64,000 nt of DNA. Origin: a virus. Under the pieces are notes generated by a model that saw nothing but the letters and a program-made list of their open reading frames with translations, was not told the origin of the DNA and did no database searches. The stretch covers positions 1 through 64,000 of IMG/VR virus record IMGVR_UViG_3300021171_000010; one strand, 5' to 3'. The position numbers and the translations under genes are program-made. Of the stretch, positions 46,719-55,262 are shown one piece after another; positions within the stretch are counted from its first letter, which is position 1; each line of letters opens with the position of its first letter.

Positions 46719-47224
46719 ATTAAACGCCCCAAGTGTTGTTTACCCCAAAGCACCAACCAAATAGCATCCACAGCATCATCACTTAAATCTTGTGCTTTAA
46801 ATTCGGGATATTGTTTAAACAGAGCAGCTTTCATCATCGGCTTGTCGGCTCCTCCGTGCCCTGTCGCGAATTTTTTAAGACCCGAAGTCGAAACACATTC
46901 ACATATTTTATTGGCTCTTGAAGCGACAAGCCAAACCACCGTTCGAAATGAACTCCAAAGTTGCGCCTGAAGCCGGTATGTCGAAAACAGAACATCTTCA
47001 AATATTATCACTGAAGGGTTATACTGGACAACAACTTTATTCAGAGCATCAAAAAACCTGAACACTCGCGGGTCTCCGCGGCGGGTCTGCCGAGTTTGCC
47101 CCCATCGTTTGATTTCCTGAGCGGTGCCGAGCTTCCAATTAGTGGCCGCGATTGCTTTGCCATCGAAAAAGGCAACGCCAGTGTCAGTTCCCAAATCAAG
47201 TCCCAGTATCGTCGGTGGTCCCAC
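46715..47224 (-). CDS. RuvC-like Holliday junction resolvase
   Basis: ILGLDLG..TG, IIFED, LKKFATGHGGADK, DDAVDAI acidic tetrad. Confidence 0.85.
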   Translation of the reverse strand: MGPPTILGLDLGTDTGVAFFDGKAIAATNWKLGTAQEIKRWGQTRQTRRGDPRVFRFFDALNKVVVQYNPSVIIFEDVLFSTYRLQAQLWSSFRTVVWLVASRANKICECVSTSGLKKFATGHGGADKPMMKAALFKQYPEFKAQDLSDDAVDAIWLVLWGKQHLGRLI

Positions 47225-47227
47225 ATA

Positions 47228-47884
47228 CTAGAAGTCGGAATAAAGAACGTGTCTCGCGAGTAATTTATTTCTGATTTTCTTGAGTGCGCTGCCGTGAATA
47301 TGCCGCACCGCCTCACAGGTCACACCCAGCTTTTTGCCAATGTCCGTAAGGGTGAAGCCGCTCTTGTAGTGCAGGTCAATCACCATCGCCTCGCGCTGCG
47401 ATAAAAGCTTAAGTAGCGGAGCGACCAAGGCCCACTGTTCCCGGAGTTTGACGGTTTTAAAATCTGGGTCTGCTATCTCACCAGTTAGGACTTCCACATC
47501 CAGAGTCTGCGTATCGGGGTCATTACTCATGCACAGCGTGTCTCTCAACTCCTCGCGCGAAACTGTGAAGCCTTTTTTAATCACTTTCTGAGTATTGAAA
47601 TATTCCTTCACCGCGCCACGGAGGTGTGCCTTGCTGAAAGCAAAGAACCGCGCCCAATTCGGCTTGAACCGCCGGGCAGCATTCAGCATGGCGCCATAGC
47701 ACAAACTCAAAAGTTCGGCGTCTGAAATCGCGGCCCCGCAAACCCGCTTGGAATACTTGACCGCCTCGCGCATATTGTGCAGCACTAGCTTGTTATGCGC
47801 AGTTGCGGTGCCCCGCTTCGCCAGGGCATTTTCTTGTGCAGTGGTCAGCTTCTCTTCAGGAAATCCGTCACAGATGTCGGTCAT
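47228..47884 (-). CDS. phage-encoded sigma-70 family factor (regions 2 and 4)
   Basis: NKLVLHNMR..V...KR...ELLS...AM.NAARRF.P...RF..F (region 2); LSQRE..VI.LHY...TLTDIG..LGVT.EAVR.I...ALKKIR (region 4). Start at ATG 47884 (ATGA overlap). Confidence 0.85.
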   Translation of the reverse strand: MTDICDGFPEEKLTTAQENALAKRGTATAHNKLVLHNMREAVKYSKRVCGAAISDAELLSLCYGAMLNAARRFKPNWARFFAFSKAHLRGAVKEYFNTQKVIKKGFTVSREELRDTLCMSNDPDTQTLDVEVLTGEIADPDFKTVKLREQWALVAPLLKLLSQREAMVIDLHYKSGFTLTDIGKKLGVTCEAVRHIHGSALKKIRNKLLARHVLYSDF

Positions 47885-50097
47885 ACGGGCAATGGAGTGG
47901 ATGATTGCGGTGGCGTAGTTGAATCCACCGGGACAGTCATTTCCCGGGGACGTTGAATAATCCAAGTTCGAGTTTTCAGGGCGCCTTCTTCCGAACGGCA
48001 TTTAATAATTCCCTCTTTTGACAGGCGTTCCATATAGCGATTGATTGAGCTGCCGTCAAGCCGGCGGTCCAGCAGCGCGTGCGCCGGGTCGGACATAATC
48101 AGCGCGGTTAAATCCCGCACGTTGCCGCGCCATTCAGTGTCTTTGTCGTGCGTCTCAAAATATCGCTTCAGCGATTCGAGCAAGATTTCCTTGAAAGGAT
48201 TTGCCGGATTGCCCTGCAGCACTTGGCTCAGCAAAGACGGCTCTTGAAAGCTAGCGAGCTCATATCTAGCATGCCGGGCAAGCTCATCAGAGATTTCCAT
48301 TTCAGAAAGCCACTTAAGAAAATGGGGCAATTCCTTCAGCAGAATTTTCTCCTGCTCACTTCGTGCCGGGAATTGGAAATCAGTGTGCTCCTCTACGCAG
48401 CGGAAAATATTGGTCTTGTCCAGCACAGTGTTGTCCAGGGTGCCTAAAATGCGCAGCGACACAGGGTCAAGGTTGCCCGTGATTCCAATCATGCCGCGCC
48501 ACTCAGTCATTCCGGAGACTACAAATTTTTCATTGTTGAGATGCTGGTCATTCGCCACCATTTTTTTCAGGGCAGCTTGGAAGCGTAGCGCCGAGGCTGA
48601 ATTCGCCGAAGGGTTATCGTCATCGAGTGCCCAATAGGGGTAGTGGTAAAGATGGGAATTGAAGGAGCTTCCTTCAACGAGATAATCCGATGCGTCAACA
48701 TATCCACCCAAGCTTCTTCCGAAAACCTCGCGGCTAACAAAAGTTTTTCCCACACCGGGACCTCCGAGAAAATACGAATAGCAGGAGGGCTGAGGCGCCC
48801 AATTAAGCGCTCGCATGTATCCAAAGTGGAACCACGCGAGGGCGTGGTTGAGCTGTGACCTGGGGTTAAATAACGCATCGAGCAGGGCAGAGATAAACGG
48901 AAAATTTCCATGAGGTCCCCAAACTTCTTTTACCGCTCCTGCGGCAGGTTGCACTGGTTTTTTGTTGTAGATGTTTAGAATTCGCTGACCATTCAAAATC
49001 ATGACGCCCGGCCGGCGCATTACAACCGGCACCGCGGCGCGCACACGGTTGTAAGTGTAAATGTGATTCTTGGCGAGCTCGATTTGGCTAACACCGTTAT
49101 CATCAGACTTTGTGGAGAGCTTGTGATTCACTTTCCAAAGCGTGACTTGCTCGTGCGGGTCTCGCCCTTCATACTCCTCTGAAATCACCGACTTGGACCA
49201 AAAACATTTTTTGTCCCAGTAGATGTCTTCTGTGGCTGATGCTATTGCGTCTTTGAAATAAGTTTTTGCGAATTCCTCGCCCAGGATGTCCGACCACTTG
49301 TTGAAAACCTTGGCAGCGTGCGCGGCGAAGGAAATCATTCCGCCCTCTTTCAGGATGGCAGACATCGGCGAAGTGCTCTCAGGAATCCAGAAGCTTGGCC
49401 CCTGGGAGCCTACTGTGAAATCCGTTGGCCACGAGAAGCCCGGGAATTTCGCTTTGATTTCCTTTTCGACAACATCCAAGGGAATTGCTTCCTCACCTTT
49501 TCCCAGGCCCTTAAAAGCATGTTTTTTTCCAACTCCAACGAAAAACGCCTGACAGTCTCTTCGGGGAAGTGCCTGAGCTCCGTCCACCTTTTCCCATTTG
49601 CATCCGTTGCAGTATAGACGGGTCGGTGTGATGAAAGCTTGTTCATCAAGGCCAGGGGCATGATGAAGCTGCAGCCACTTAATGGCCGCTTGGTAGATTG
49701 CGGAGCAGAAGCCATAGTCTTGAACGAGAAAAGGAATTTCGATGGGCCAGATGAACCGGCGATGAAAGCCCAGGGAGGTTTCGACCCACTGAGGTCTGAA
49801 AGGCATTTCCTTGATGATTTCCTGAATGCGCTGGTCAGGGATTTCCACGTCCAGGTCTGCCACGAAGGCATGAATCTTGTGCGGAGGATTAGACTCTTTA
49901 CTTACGCGCTGATTGGGATTCAATGCTTCCAGCCCGGAATAAAACTGATGCTGCGTTGCCGTGTTGCTATACCAAAGTTGGCGCTCTTCCTTATCCTTTC
50001 GGATTTGCAGCGTGATTACTTCTGTGGGAACGAAGTCCCAGGGTGCCGGGCACTCCTGCATGGAAAGGGTAACGAGATTCTTTGTAGCAAAAAACAT
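47881..50097 (-). CDS. primase-polymerase fused to SF3-like helicase
   Basis: AEP-like FVADLD and ETS.G.H motifs; Walker A GGPGVGKT, FNS.L, ALDD, LKKMVAN...EKF. Confidence 0.8.
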   Translation of the reverse strand: MFFATKNLVTLSMQECPAPWDFVPTEVITLQIRKDKEERQLWYSNTATQHQFYSGLEALNPNQRVSKESNPPHKIHAFVADLDVEIPDQRIQEIIKEMPFRPQWVETSLGFHRRFIWPIEIPFLVQDYGFCSAIYQAAIKWLQLHHAPGLDEQAFITPTRLYCNGCKWEKVDGAQALPRRDCQAFFVGVGKKHAFKGLGKGEEAIPLDVVEKEIKAKFPGFSWPTDFTVGSQGPSFWIPESTSPMSAILKEGGMISFAAHAAKVFNKWSDILGEEFAKTYFKDAIASATEDIYWDKKCFWSKSVISEEYEGRDPHEQVTLWKVNHKLSTKSDDNGVSQIELAKNHIYTYNRVRAAVPVVMRRPGVMILNGQRILNIYNKKPVQPAAGAVKEVWGPHGNFPFISALLDALFNPRSQLNHALAWFHFGYMRALNWAPQPSCYSYFLGGPGVGKTFVSREVFGRSLGGYVDASDYLVEGSSFNSHLYHYPYWALDDDNPSANSASALRFQAALKKMVANDQHLNNEKFVVSGMTEWRGMIGITGNLDPVSLRILGTLDNTVLDKTNIFRCVEEHTDFQFPARSEQEKILLKELPHFLKWLSEMEISDELARHARYELASFQEPSLLSQVLQGNPANPFKEILLESLKRYFETHDKDTEWRGNVRDLTALIMSDPAHALLDRRLDGSSINRYMERLSKEGIIKCRSEEGALKTRTWIIQRPREMTVPVDSTTPPQSSTPLPV

Positions 50098-50099
50098 AG

Positions 50100-50582
50100 T
50101 CAGGGGAAATTAAGCACCGCGAAGGCACCAAAATATTTACGAGCAGCGGTATCATAGCATTCGGCAGCTAATCGTAAATCTCTAAAATATCCCAAGTGCT
50201 TCTTTTTACCGTTCACCTGTATTTGCACCACCCAACTTTTATTGCTAATTTTCCACGAGACGCCCTTACGCCCAGAAGCATTATCGATACGCAAGCGCTG
50301 ATTTTGATTGTTGTTCGTCCTAGTGGCTACTCTTAAATTATGTTCCCTATTGTTAAGGCCATCGCCATCCCAATGGTCCCCCTCAATTTTGGGATTTTTA
50401 ATGCCTAAAATCAGGCGGTGCATTCTTATTTGAAGCTGCTTGCCGTTCGGCCCCGGAACATTCCGCACTGCATAGAAAGTTTTTCCGTGCTTCTGGGTCC
50501 ACCACTTCCATTGATTGAGCCAAGAATAGTTCCAATCATCTACAATAGTAGATTTACCTTGCGTAAGCGAAATGCGTTTCAT
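50100..50582 (-). CDS. HNH-AP2 homing endonuclease (copy 4)
   Basis: LTQGK..IVDD, MHRLILG, GDHWDGDGLNN..HNLR, NASGRKGVSW, FGAFAVLNFP. Confidence 0.9.
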   Translation of the reverse strand: MKRISLTQGKSTIVDDWNYSWLNQWKWWTQKHGKTFYAVRNVPGPNGKQLQIRMHRLILGIKNPKIEGDHWDGDGLNNREHNLRVATRTNNNQNQRLRIDNASGRKGVSWKISNKSWVVQIQVNGKKKHLGYFRDLRLAAECYDTAARKYFGAFAVLNFP

Positions 50583-52555
50583 TTACAATAGTGAGAAACG
50601 GCTTTCGCCTCTGCGGCCAAAGGGAAATTGGGCGCCCAGTCAGGTGGCGTAGACATGTAATTCTCAATGTCTTCAGGTGACACGTCTAAATCAACCTCTA
50701 AAATGTTTTCATCGTGAGCTGTCCATAAACTTGTTAGCCCTGCTTTATGCGTGCGAACTACGGTAGACGCAAAGAAATCTCTAGCCACGGCTTGCACAAT
50801 GTTCTCTGTCAGCTTACCACCGTAGCTGGGAACGCGCCGACCGCCCACCTCAGCGGTATATTCCGTTTTCATCCAGGGCTTGCCGTCTTTCTTACTCTTC
50901 TCCATGCGGCCCTGCGCGCGCACGTTCTTGTAAATCATTTTCCTGCCATTCGGCAAGTTCATCACAAAGTCTCCGCCCACTGAGCTCCGAAAATTCTCCT
51001 CTAGCTTTTGCCACATTGCTGTGATAGTAGGTGAGGCAGCGCGAAAGTCTCTGACCAGTTTCCGAGCGAAAGCCCCATAGCCCGGCACCTTAGTGGTAAC
51101 GTCAGTGAAAGGGTCAACGATTTCTTCGAACTCCGGGTCAGTTTCGGTAAGGTCCATGCCGGATTCTTTGAGCGCAGTGGCGATGAACTTTTCCCAGCCG
51201 GCTTGATACCCGAGTTGCAGCACCTGGATTTTGATGAGCTTATATTCATTGGTAGACTTGTCCATCTTGCCACCGGTATAACCAAAGTTTGCCCTCGCAA
51301 AAGCTTCGTAAACTGACAGGCCGGAACGCACCTCTTCCAGCATTTTTCTATTACCAGACAACCACGCCAGCACTCTCGGCTCGATTTGCGCAAGGTCGGA
51401 GACAATCATTTTCTTGCCTGGCCGGGGAACGAAAAGCGCCCGGAAGTCCAGAGCGAATCTAACTTCGTCGGGCCACTTGCCAGTTTTGCTGTGCTCCTTT
51501 ATATAGCGCGCAACTGCCTTGTCATCCTGCTGCAGCAATCCGGATTGCAAGCCGAAAGCAGGATATCGGCGCATGTTCTGAAAATTGATTTTGTTATCGC
51601 CGCTCCACCGGCCGGTATGGGCGCCCCAATACTTGAGACCGAAAGGTATCGTGCCATCCGGCCGTAACCGAGACTTCATAGTCAAAAAGCTTTTGTAAAG
51701 CTTATTGATAGACCGCCATGCGGTGACAGCGAGAATCCAGGGATGCTGCGGTGCATAGAGTTTTTCCCAGGCATCATACTCCTCCTCACTCTCAGCCTTA
51801 ACGGGACAGCAAGGTATGCCAACGCGCCGGCACTGCTCCGCGATGCATTTTGAGCTAGTGGGCGAGAGTTTAAAATCATCCCAGTCTTCGTCATCTGGGT
51901 CTTGCATCCACGGAATCATTTTTTCCGTATTGGCTTTCATCTCGTGCGAATCGCAGATGTAGCGGTTCAGCAATTCAACGTCCACCTGTATGCCGCGGAG
52001 ACCTTGGTCAATCGTAAGATTAGAAAGGATGCGTTCATCTTCACTCCATTTGTGGGCGTGGTCGGTCCAAATTTTGTGCGGCCAGTATGCATCCCGGCGC
52101 GCGTAAGCAAGCATGGCGGTCTGCTGCTCCGGTGTGAAGTCTTGGGGCCAGCGCTTACCTTCAGCGTCTGCGCGTTCCGCCTTGCTGACCCGAACCCCAT
52201 AAAGCGCTTCAACCGCGTTATCCAGGGCTCGCTGATTGCAGAGAAAAGAAGTGAGATTCGCAGTGCAGTGCCATTCCGCCGGCGTGAATTTGGGGATGAA
52301 CTGCCTGCGCTGCATCTCGGAGATTACGGAGAAATCGAATTTCTTGTTGTGTGAAAGCAAGACCCGACCCTCAAGAGCGCTCCAGGTCATGTCCCTGGGA
52401 TGCCCGGCCCAGCAAGTTTCGCCATCCGTCACCGAAACCATATAGCAGTCAAAGAGCTCATGCCGGCAATACTGCTCGTCAATCAAGCTCTTGATGGAAT
52501 ACTTAAGCTTGGGAGCGTAATACGTTTCCGTATCAATCAGGATGGGCGGCGGCAT
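50579..52555 (-). CDS. family A DNA polymerase with 3'-5' exonuclease
   Basis: ExoI IDTETY, ExoII HNKKFD, ExoIII YARRDA; HTGRWSG, NFQN; motif A SDLAQIEPRVLAW; motif B K...L.LGY; ENIVQAVARD; motif C AHDE. Confidence 0.93.
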   Translation of the reverse strand: MPPPILIDTETYYAPKLKYSIKSLIDEQYCRHELFDCYMVSVTDGETCWAGHPRDMTWSALEGRVLLSHNKKFDFSVISEMQRRQFIPKFTPAEWHCTANLTSFLCNQRALDNAVEALYGVRVSKAERADAEGKRWPQDFTPEQQTAMLAYARRDAYWPHKIWTDHAHKWSEDERILSNLTIDQGLRGIQVDVELLNRYICDSHEMKANTEKMIPWMQDPDDEDWDDFKLSPTSSKCIAEQCRRVGIPCCPVKAESEEEYDAWEKLYAPQHPWILAVTAWRSINKLYKSFLTMKSRLRPDGTIPFGLKYWGAHTGRWSGDNKINFQNMRRYPAFGLQSGLLQQDDKAVARYIKEHSKTGKWPDEVRFALDFRALFVPRPGKKMIVSDLAQIEPRVLAWLSGNRKMLEEVRSGLSVYEAFARANFGYTGGKMDKSTNEYKLIKIQVLQLGYQAGWEKFIATALKESGMDLTETDPEFEEIVDPFTDVTTKVPGYGAFARKLVRDFRAASPTITAMWQKLEENFRSSVGGDFVMNLPNGRKMIYKNVRAQGRMEKSKKDGKPWMKTEYTAEVGGRRVPSYGGKLTENIVQAVARDFFASTVVRTHKAGLTSLWTAHDENILEVDLDVSPEDIENYMSTPPDWAPNFPLAAEAKAVSHYCK

Positions 52556-52565
52556 AGAAATTAGA

Positions 52566-52594
52566 AGCGCCGCCCCGGGTCAGCGGGACGGCGC
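52566..52594 (-). terminator. GC-rich hairpin upstream of the polymerase
   Basis: GCGCCGTCCCG...CGGGGCGGCGC on the - strand, followed by TTCTAATTT. Confidence 0.45.
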
Positions 52595-52612
52595 GTAGGC
52601 ACCAGGGAACTA

Positions 52613-52963
52613 TTACCGTGTTGCTCGCAGGGTGCAACCCACAGAGGGCTGTTTTTGGACTTTCGACTGTATGAGCCTTGCGATTGCATCATTGAGCGCA
52701 GCCATAACCTTATCAGAAAGCGCGCCCGTCACACAACAAGCATTTTCATCCAGCGGAAGAGGCTCATGCAGGGGCGTGGGCCACTTGTTTCGAATCTCTC
52801 GAATAAAGGCCTCGACGTCTGCGCGCACTTCGTTCTGGAAGTCTTCCCCAACCCGGGTGAATTTGCCTGCCCGAAACTTCTGGGAGCACGCCAGGGCGTG
52901 ATTGTGAATGGCTGATTCATTCAGCAGCCGCAGAGTCGCAAGGTCAACAAATTCCGTGCTCAT
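52613..52963 (-). CDS. hypothetical protein
   Basis: 116-aa ORF, ATGA-coupled. Confidence 0.65.
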   Translation of the reverse strand: MSTEFVDLATLRLLNESAIHNHALACSQKFRAGKFTRVGEDFQNEVRADVEAFIREIRNKWPTPLHEPLPLDENACCVTGALSDKVMAALNDAIARLIQSKVQKQPSVGCTLRATR

Positions 52964-53613
52964 TCGTCTTCGCCGTCTCCTTCCAATTCTTTCGGGATTT
53001 CAAACGCCATGGCCTGTTTGTTGCAAGCACACAGCGGGGCGCCAACTTCTTCCAGCCATTTTCGAGTGATGCGAACATTGCAACCGCACTCGCCGCATTC
53101 CGCCTTGATTAGCCGGGTGGTCTGTTTCTTGTCCAGCCGAAAACCCGGCTGGAGGGCTGGGTGCGGATAATCTCCAAGCCTCGCCTGAGTCATTAAGCGG
53201 AGTTCTTGCATCAGCGATTCGCCGGCGTGCGTAGCGGTCATCTTGCCCTCAAGTCCGACCGCCAGGGCAGCTTTCTTGAAGACCTTGTTGTGCTTTTCCT
53301 TGCAGCCTACTACGGCGTGCACCAACTCATGAACCAGCACTGGCAACACCCCGGCCTGCGCCTCTGTCACACTGGCCGTAAGGCGAGGGCTGATGAAAAT
53401 GTGGCAGGCTTTGTCCTCGCTCGCCTTTTCCGGCCAACATTCCCCGATTGGGTATTTGCGGGTGCCTGTGCCGCCACGGCTAGGCCAGCCGCAGGATACG
53501 TGCAGTTTCGCCGGTATTTCATAACCGGCCGTCTTGAAATGCGTCCGAAGCAAATCGGTCGCAGCGATTAGCCAGCCCTCGCGGGTGGCATGTTTTGGTA
53601 TGGTTTTACTCAT
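52960..53613 (-). CDS. SprT-like zinc metalloprotease with C-terminal Cys cluster
   Basis: TREGWL, IGECW, IFISP, VLVHELVHA...H...F, ECGECG...R..RKWL...GAP.CAC. Confidence 0.8.
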   Translation of the reverse strand: MSKTIPKHATREGWLIAATDLLRTHFKTAGYEIPAKLHVSCGWPSRGGTGTRKYPIGECWPEKASEDKACHIFISPRLTASVTEAQAGVLPVLVHELVHAVVGCKEKHNKVFKKAALAVGLEGKMTATHAGESLMQELRLMTQARLGDYPHPALQPGFRLDKKQTTRLIKAECGECGCNVRITRKWLEEVGAPLCACNKQAMAFEIPKELEGDGEDE

Positions 53614-53618
53614 AAAAA

Positions 53619-53804
53619 TCAAGCAGGAGAGCCGTAGGCTTCAATCCTCCAAACTCCCCGCACGGAAGTCTTTTGCACAATCCGAGACTGTGTAGGCAGC
53701 TCCGGGTGTCGAAAAGAGACGTAATCTGCAAACGTCCCGTGCCGAACCCATCCCTTTGATTGCAGATATTTTATTGCAGATTTTTTCGAACTGAATATGC
53801 TCAT
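53619..53804 (-). CDS. hypothetical protein
   Basis: 61-aa ORF in the early operon with an AT-rich start context. Confidence 0.55.
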   Translation of the reverse strand: MSIFSSKKSAIKYLQSKGWVRHGTFADYVSFRHPELPTQSRIVQKTSVRGVWRIEAYGSPA

Positions 53805-53808
53805 AAAT

Positions 53809-54006
53809 TCAACGAGTGCGGGGCTCTAAAGTAAGCGCGCCATTTTCCAGCAGGTTCCACAGCTTCAAAAGGGTTTTCTCATCGCCTTTACCAATACGAA
53901 TTCCGCCATGGAAACCCGCCTTGCGAATTTCTTCGCAAAACTCAATTCCGTTCCGGGCTAGCACTCCGCCACCTGCGTATCGCATCCAAACATTTGCTTT
54001 GTTCAT
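53809..54006 (-). CDS. hypothetical protein
   Basis: 65-aa ORF, ATGA-coupled. Confidence 0.55.
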   Translation of the reverse strand: MNKANVWMRYAGGGVLARNGIEFCEEIRKAGFHGGIRIGKGDEKTLLKLWNLLENGALTLEPRTR

Positions 54007-54263
54007 ATAAGGTCCCTCGGAAAGGCGGTATTGCGATTTTCGGCGGGGATTGGCAAACCAGGACCGGCGTAAGGGCTAGGCTGGTAATATCCAGTGAAAT
54101 TCTCCACAACCCAACACGGTGCCCAGCCAGCATGCAGAGTCCCATCGTCGCCGTGCCACATAAAGCCGTAGTGCGGCTCCGGCCCAAATTTGTCCACACA
54201 GGACACGACACATTCAAAACGTCCAAAACTGAATTTTTGACCAGCGCTTAATTTTGCATTCAT
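54003..54263 (-). CDS. hypothetical protein (probably leaderless)
   Basis: ATG 54263 lies 6 nt downstream of the -10 box CATATT. Confidence 0.55.
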   Translation of the reverse strand: MNAKLSAGQKFSFGRFECVVSCVDKFGPEPHYGFMWHGDDGTLHAGWAPCWVVENFTGYYQPSPYAGPGLPIPAENRNTAFPRDLI

Positions 54264-54311
54264 GCCAACAATATGGCATACCCGTTTAAACAACGCAAGC
54301 GGATTTTTAAC
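54264..54311 (-). promoter_or_regulatory. sigma70-like early promoter (copy A)
   Basis: GTTAAAAATCCGC-TTGCGT-N17-CATATT-N6-ATG with extended TG; near-identical layout to copy B. Confidence 0.7.
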
Positions 54312-54328
54312 TTTTTAGTTTCACTAAT

Positions 54329-54360
54329 GAAAAGGGCAGCTTGGATAATCCAAGCTGCCC
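54329..54360 (-). terminator. intrinsic terminator after the SSB-like gene
   Basis: GGGCAGCTTGGA-TTA-TCCAAGCTGCCC-TTTT on the - strand. Confidence 0.75.
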
Positions 54361-54405
54361 AGTGCGACGAATGGCTAGCCGTGTGTATGTGGGCCTAGTG
54401 GTCGC

Positions 54406-55242
54406 TCAATTTGCAAGAGCCTGCTGGGGCTTCAGCACGGTCTTGGCGAATTCCAGAAAGCTCTCTGTGCTCTTCTGGAAAGGCAAGCACACCGGCACCC
54501 AAGCTTCCTTGCCGCCGTTGTATTTCTGCAGCTTGGTGGTGGTGGCGTAGTTGTAGCTGGGATAACCGCCCAGGCGCAGGCAGCCCGTCTGGCGATGGGT
54601 GAAGAACACCTTCCGGGCGCCCTCAGTGTAGATAGCGCCTTTCATATTCCACCACGCCAGGGCGTATTTGAAACCATCCACATCGAAGGTGAAAATGGTG
54701 CCGTCATCCGCCACAACATCCGGGCGGCGAATCAAGGTAAGCGCTGTGGCAAGGGGCTGGAAATACAGCATTCCAGCAGCCTTCTTGAGCTGCCACTCGG
54801 ACCAATCGCAAGTTCCGCCGGCCGAAACGACTTCAGCTTCGCTGTTCACAATCATTCCACGCGCGGCCGAGCCTTCGATTTTCTGCACGTAGCGGGTATC
54901 CTTCCAGCCGAGCACAGTGATGATAACGGGCGGCGAAGCCGGTTGAACTACGCCGGTGGCGGGGTCAATCCGCGGAGGATTGAACAGAGGCAGCTTGCCA
55001 TCGAAAAGCAAGGTGCCGAGAGGAAACCGCCGGCCGAGTTCGCTCATGTTTTGGACGATAAGTATATGCGGAAGTATAATATCACGAAAGGTCGGGATAT
55101 AATCCCCGAGAACTGGACCACCAGGAGCCACTGCACGCGTGCCGGCCGCCGGAGTTGTGGCCACAGCCGTTGTAGCTGGTGTGGTAGGTGGCGCTACTTG
55201 TTCGACTGGGACCGCGCCGGGTCCGAATGTTACTTCACTCAT
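54406..55242 (-). CDS. putative single-stranded DNA-binding / replication accessory protein
   Basis: DIILPHI.IVQ.MS...G motif, strongly biased codons, position after the exonuclease in a PolA module. Confidence 0.5.
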   Translation of the reverse strand: MSEVTFGPGAVPVEQVAPPTTPATTAVATTPAAGTRAVAPGGPVLGDYIPTFRDIILPHILIVQNMSELGRRFPLGTLLFDGKLPLFNPPRIDPATGVVQPASPPVIITVLGWKDTRYVQKIEGSAARGMIVNSEAEVVSAGGTCDWSEWQLKKAAGMLYFQPLATALTLIRRPDVVADDGTIFTFDVDGFKYALAWWNMKGAIYTEGARKVFFTHRQTGCLRLGGYPSYNYATTTKLQKYNGGKEAWVPVCLPFQKSTESFLEFAKTVLKPQQALAN

Positions 55243-55262
55243 TTTGTTTTTATGTTTTGTGT

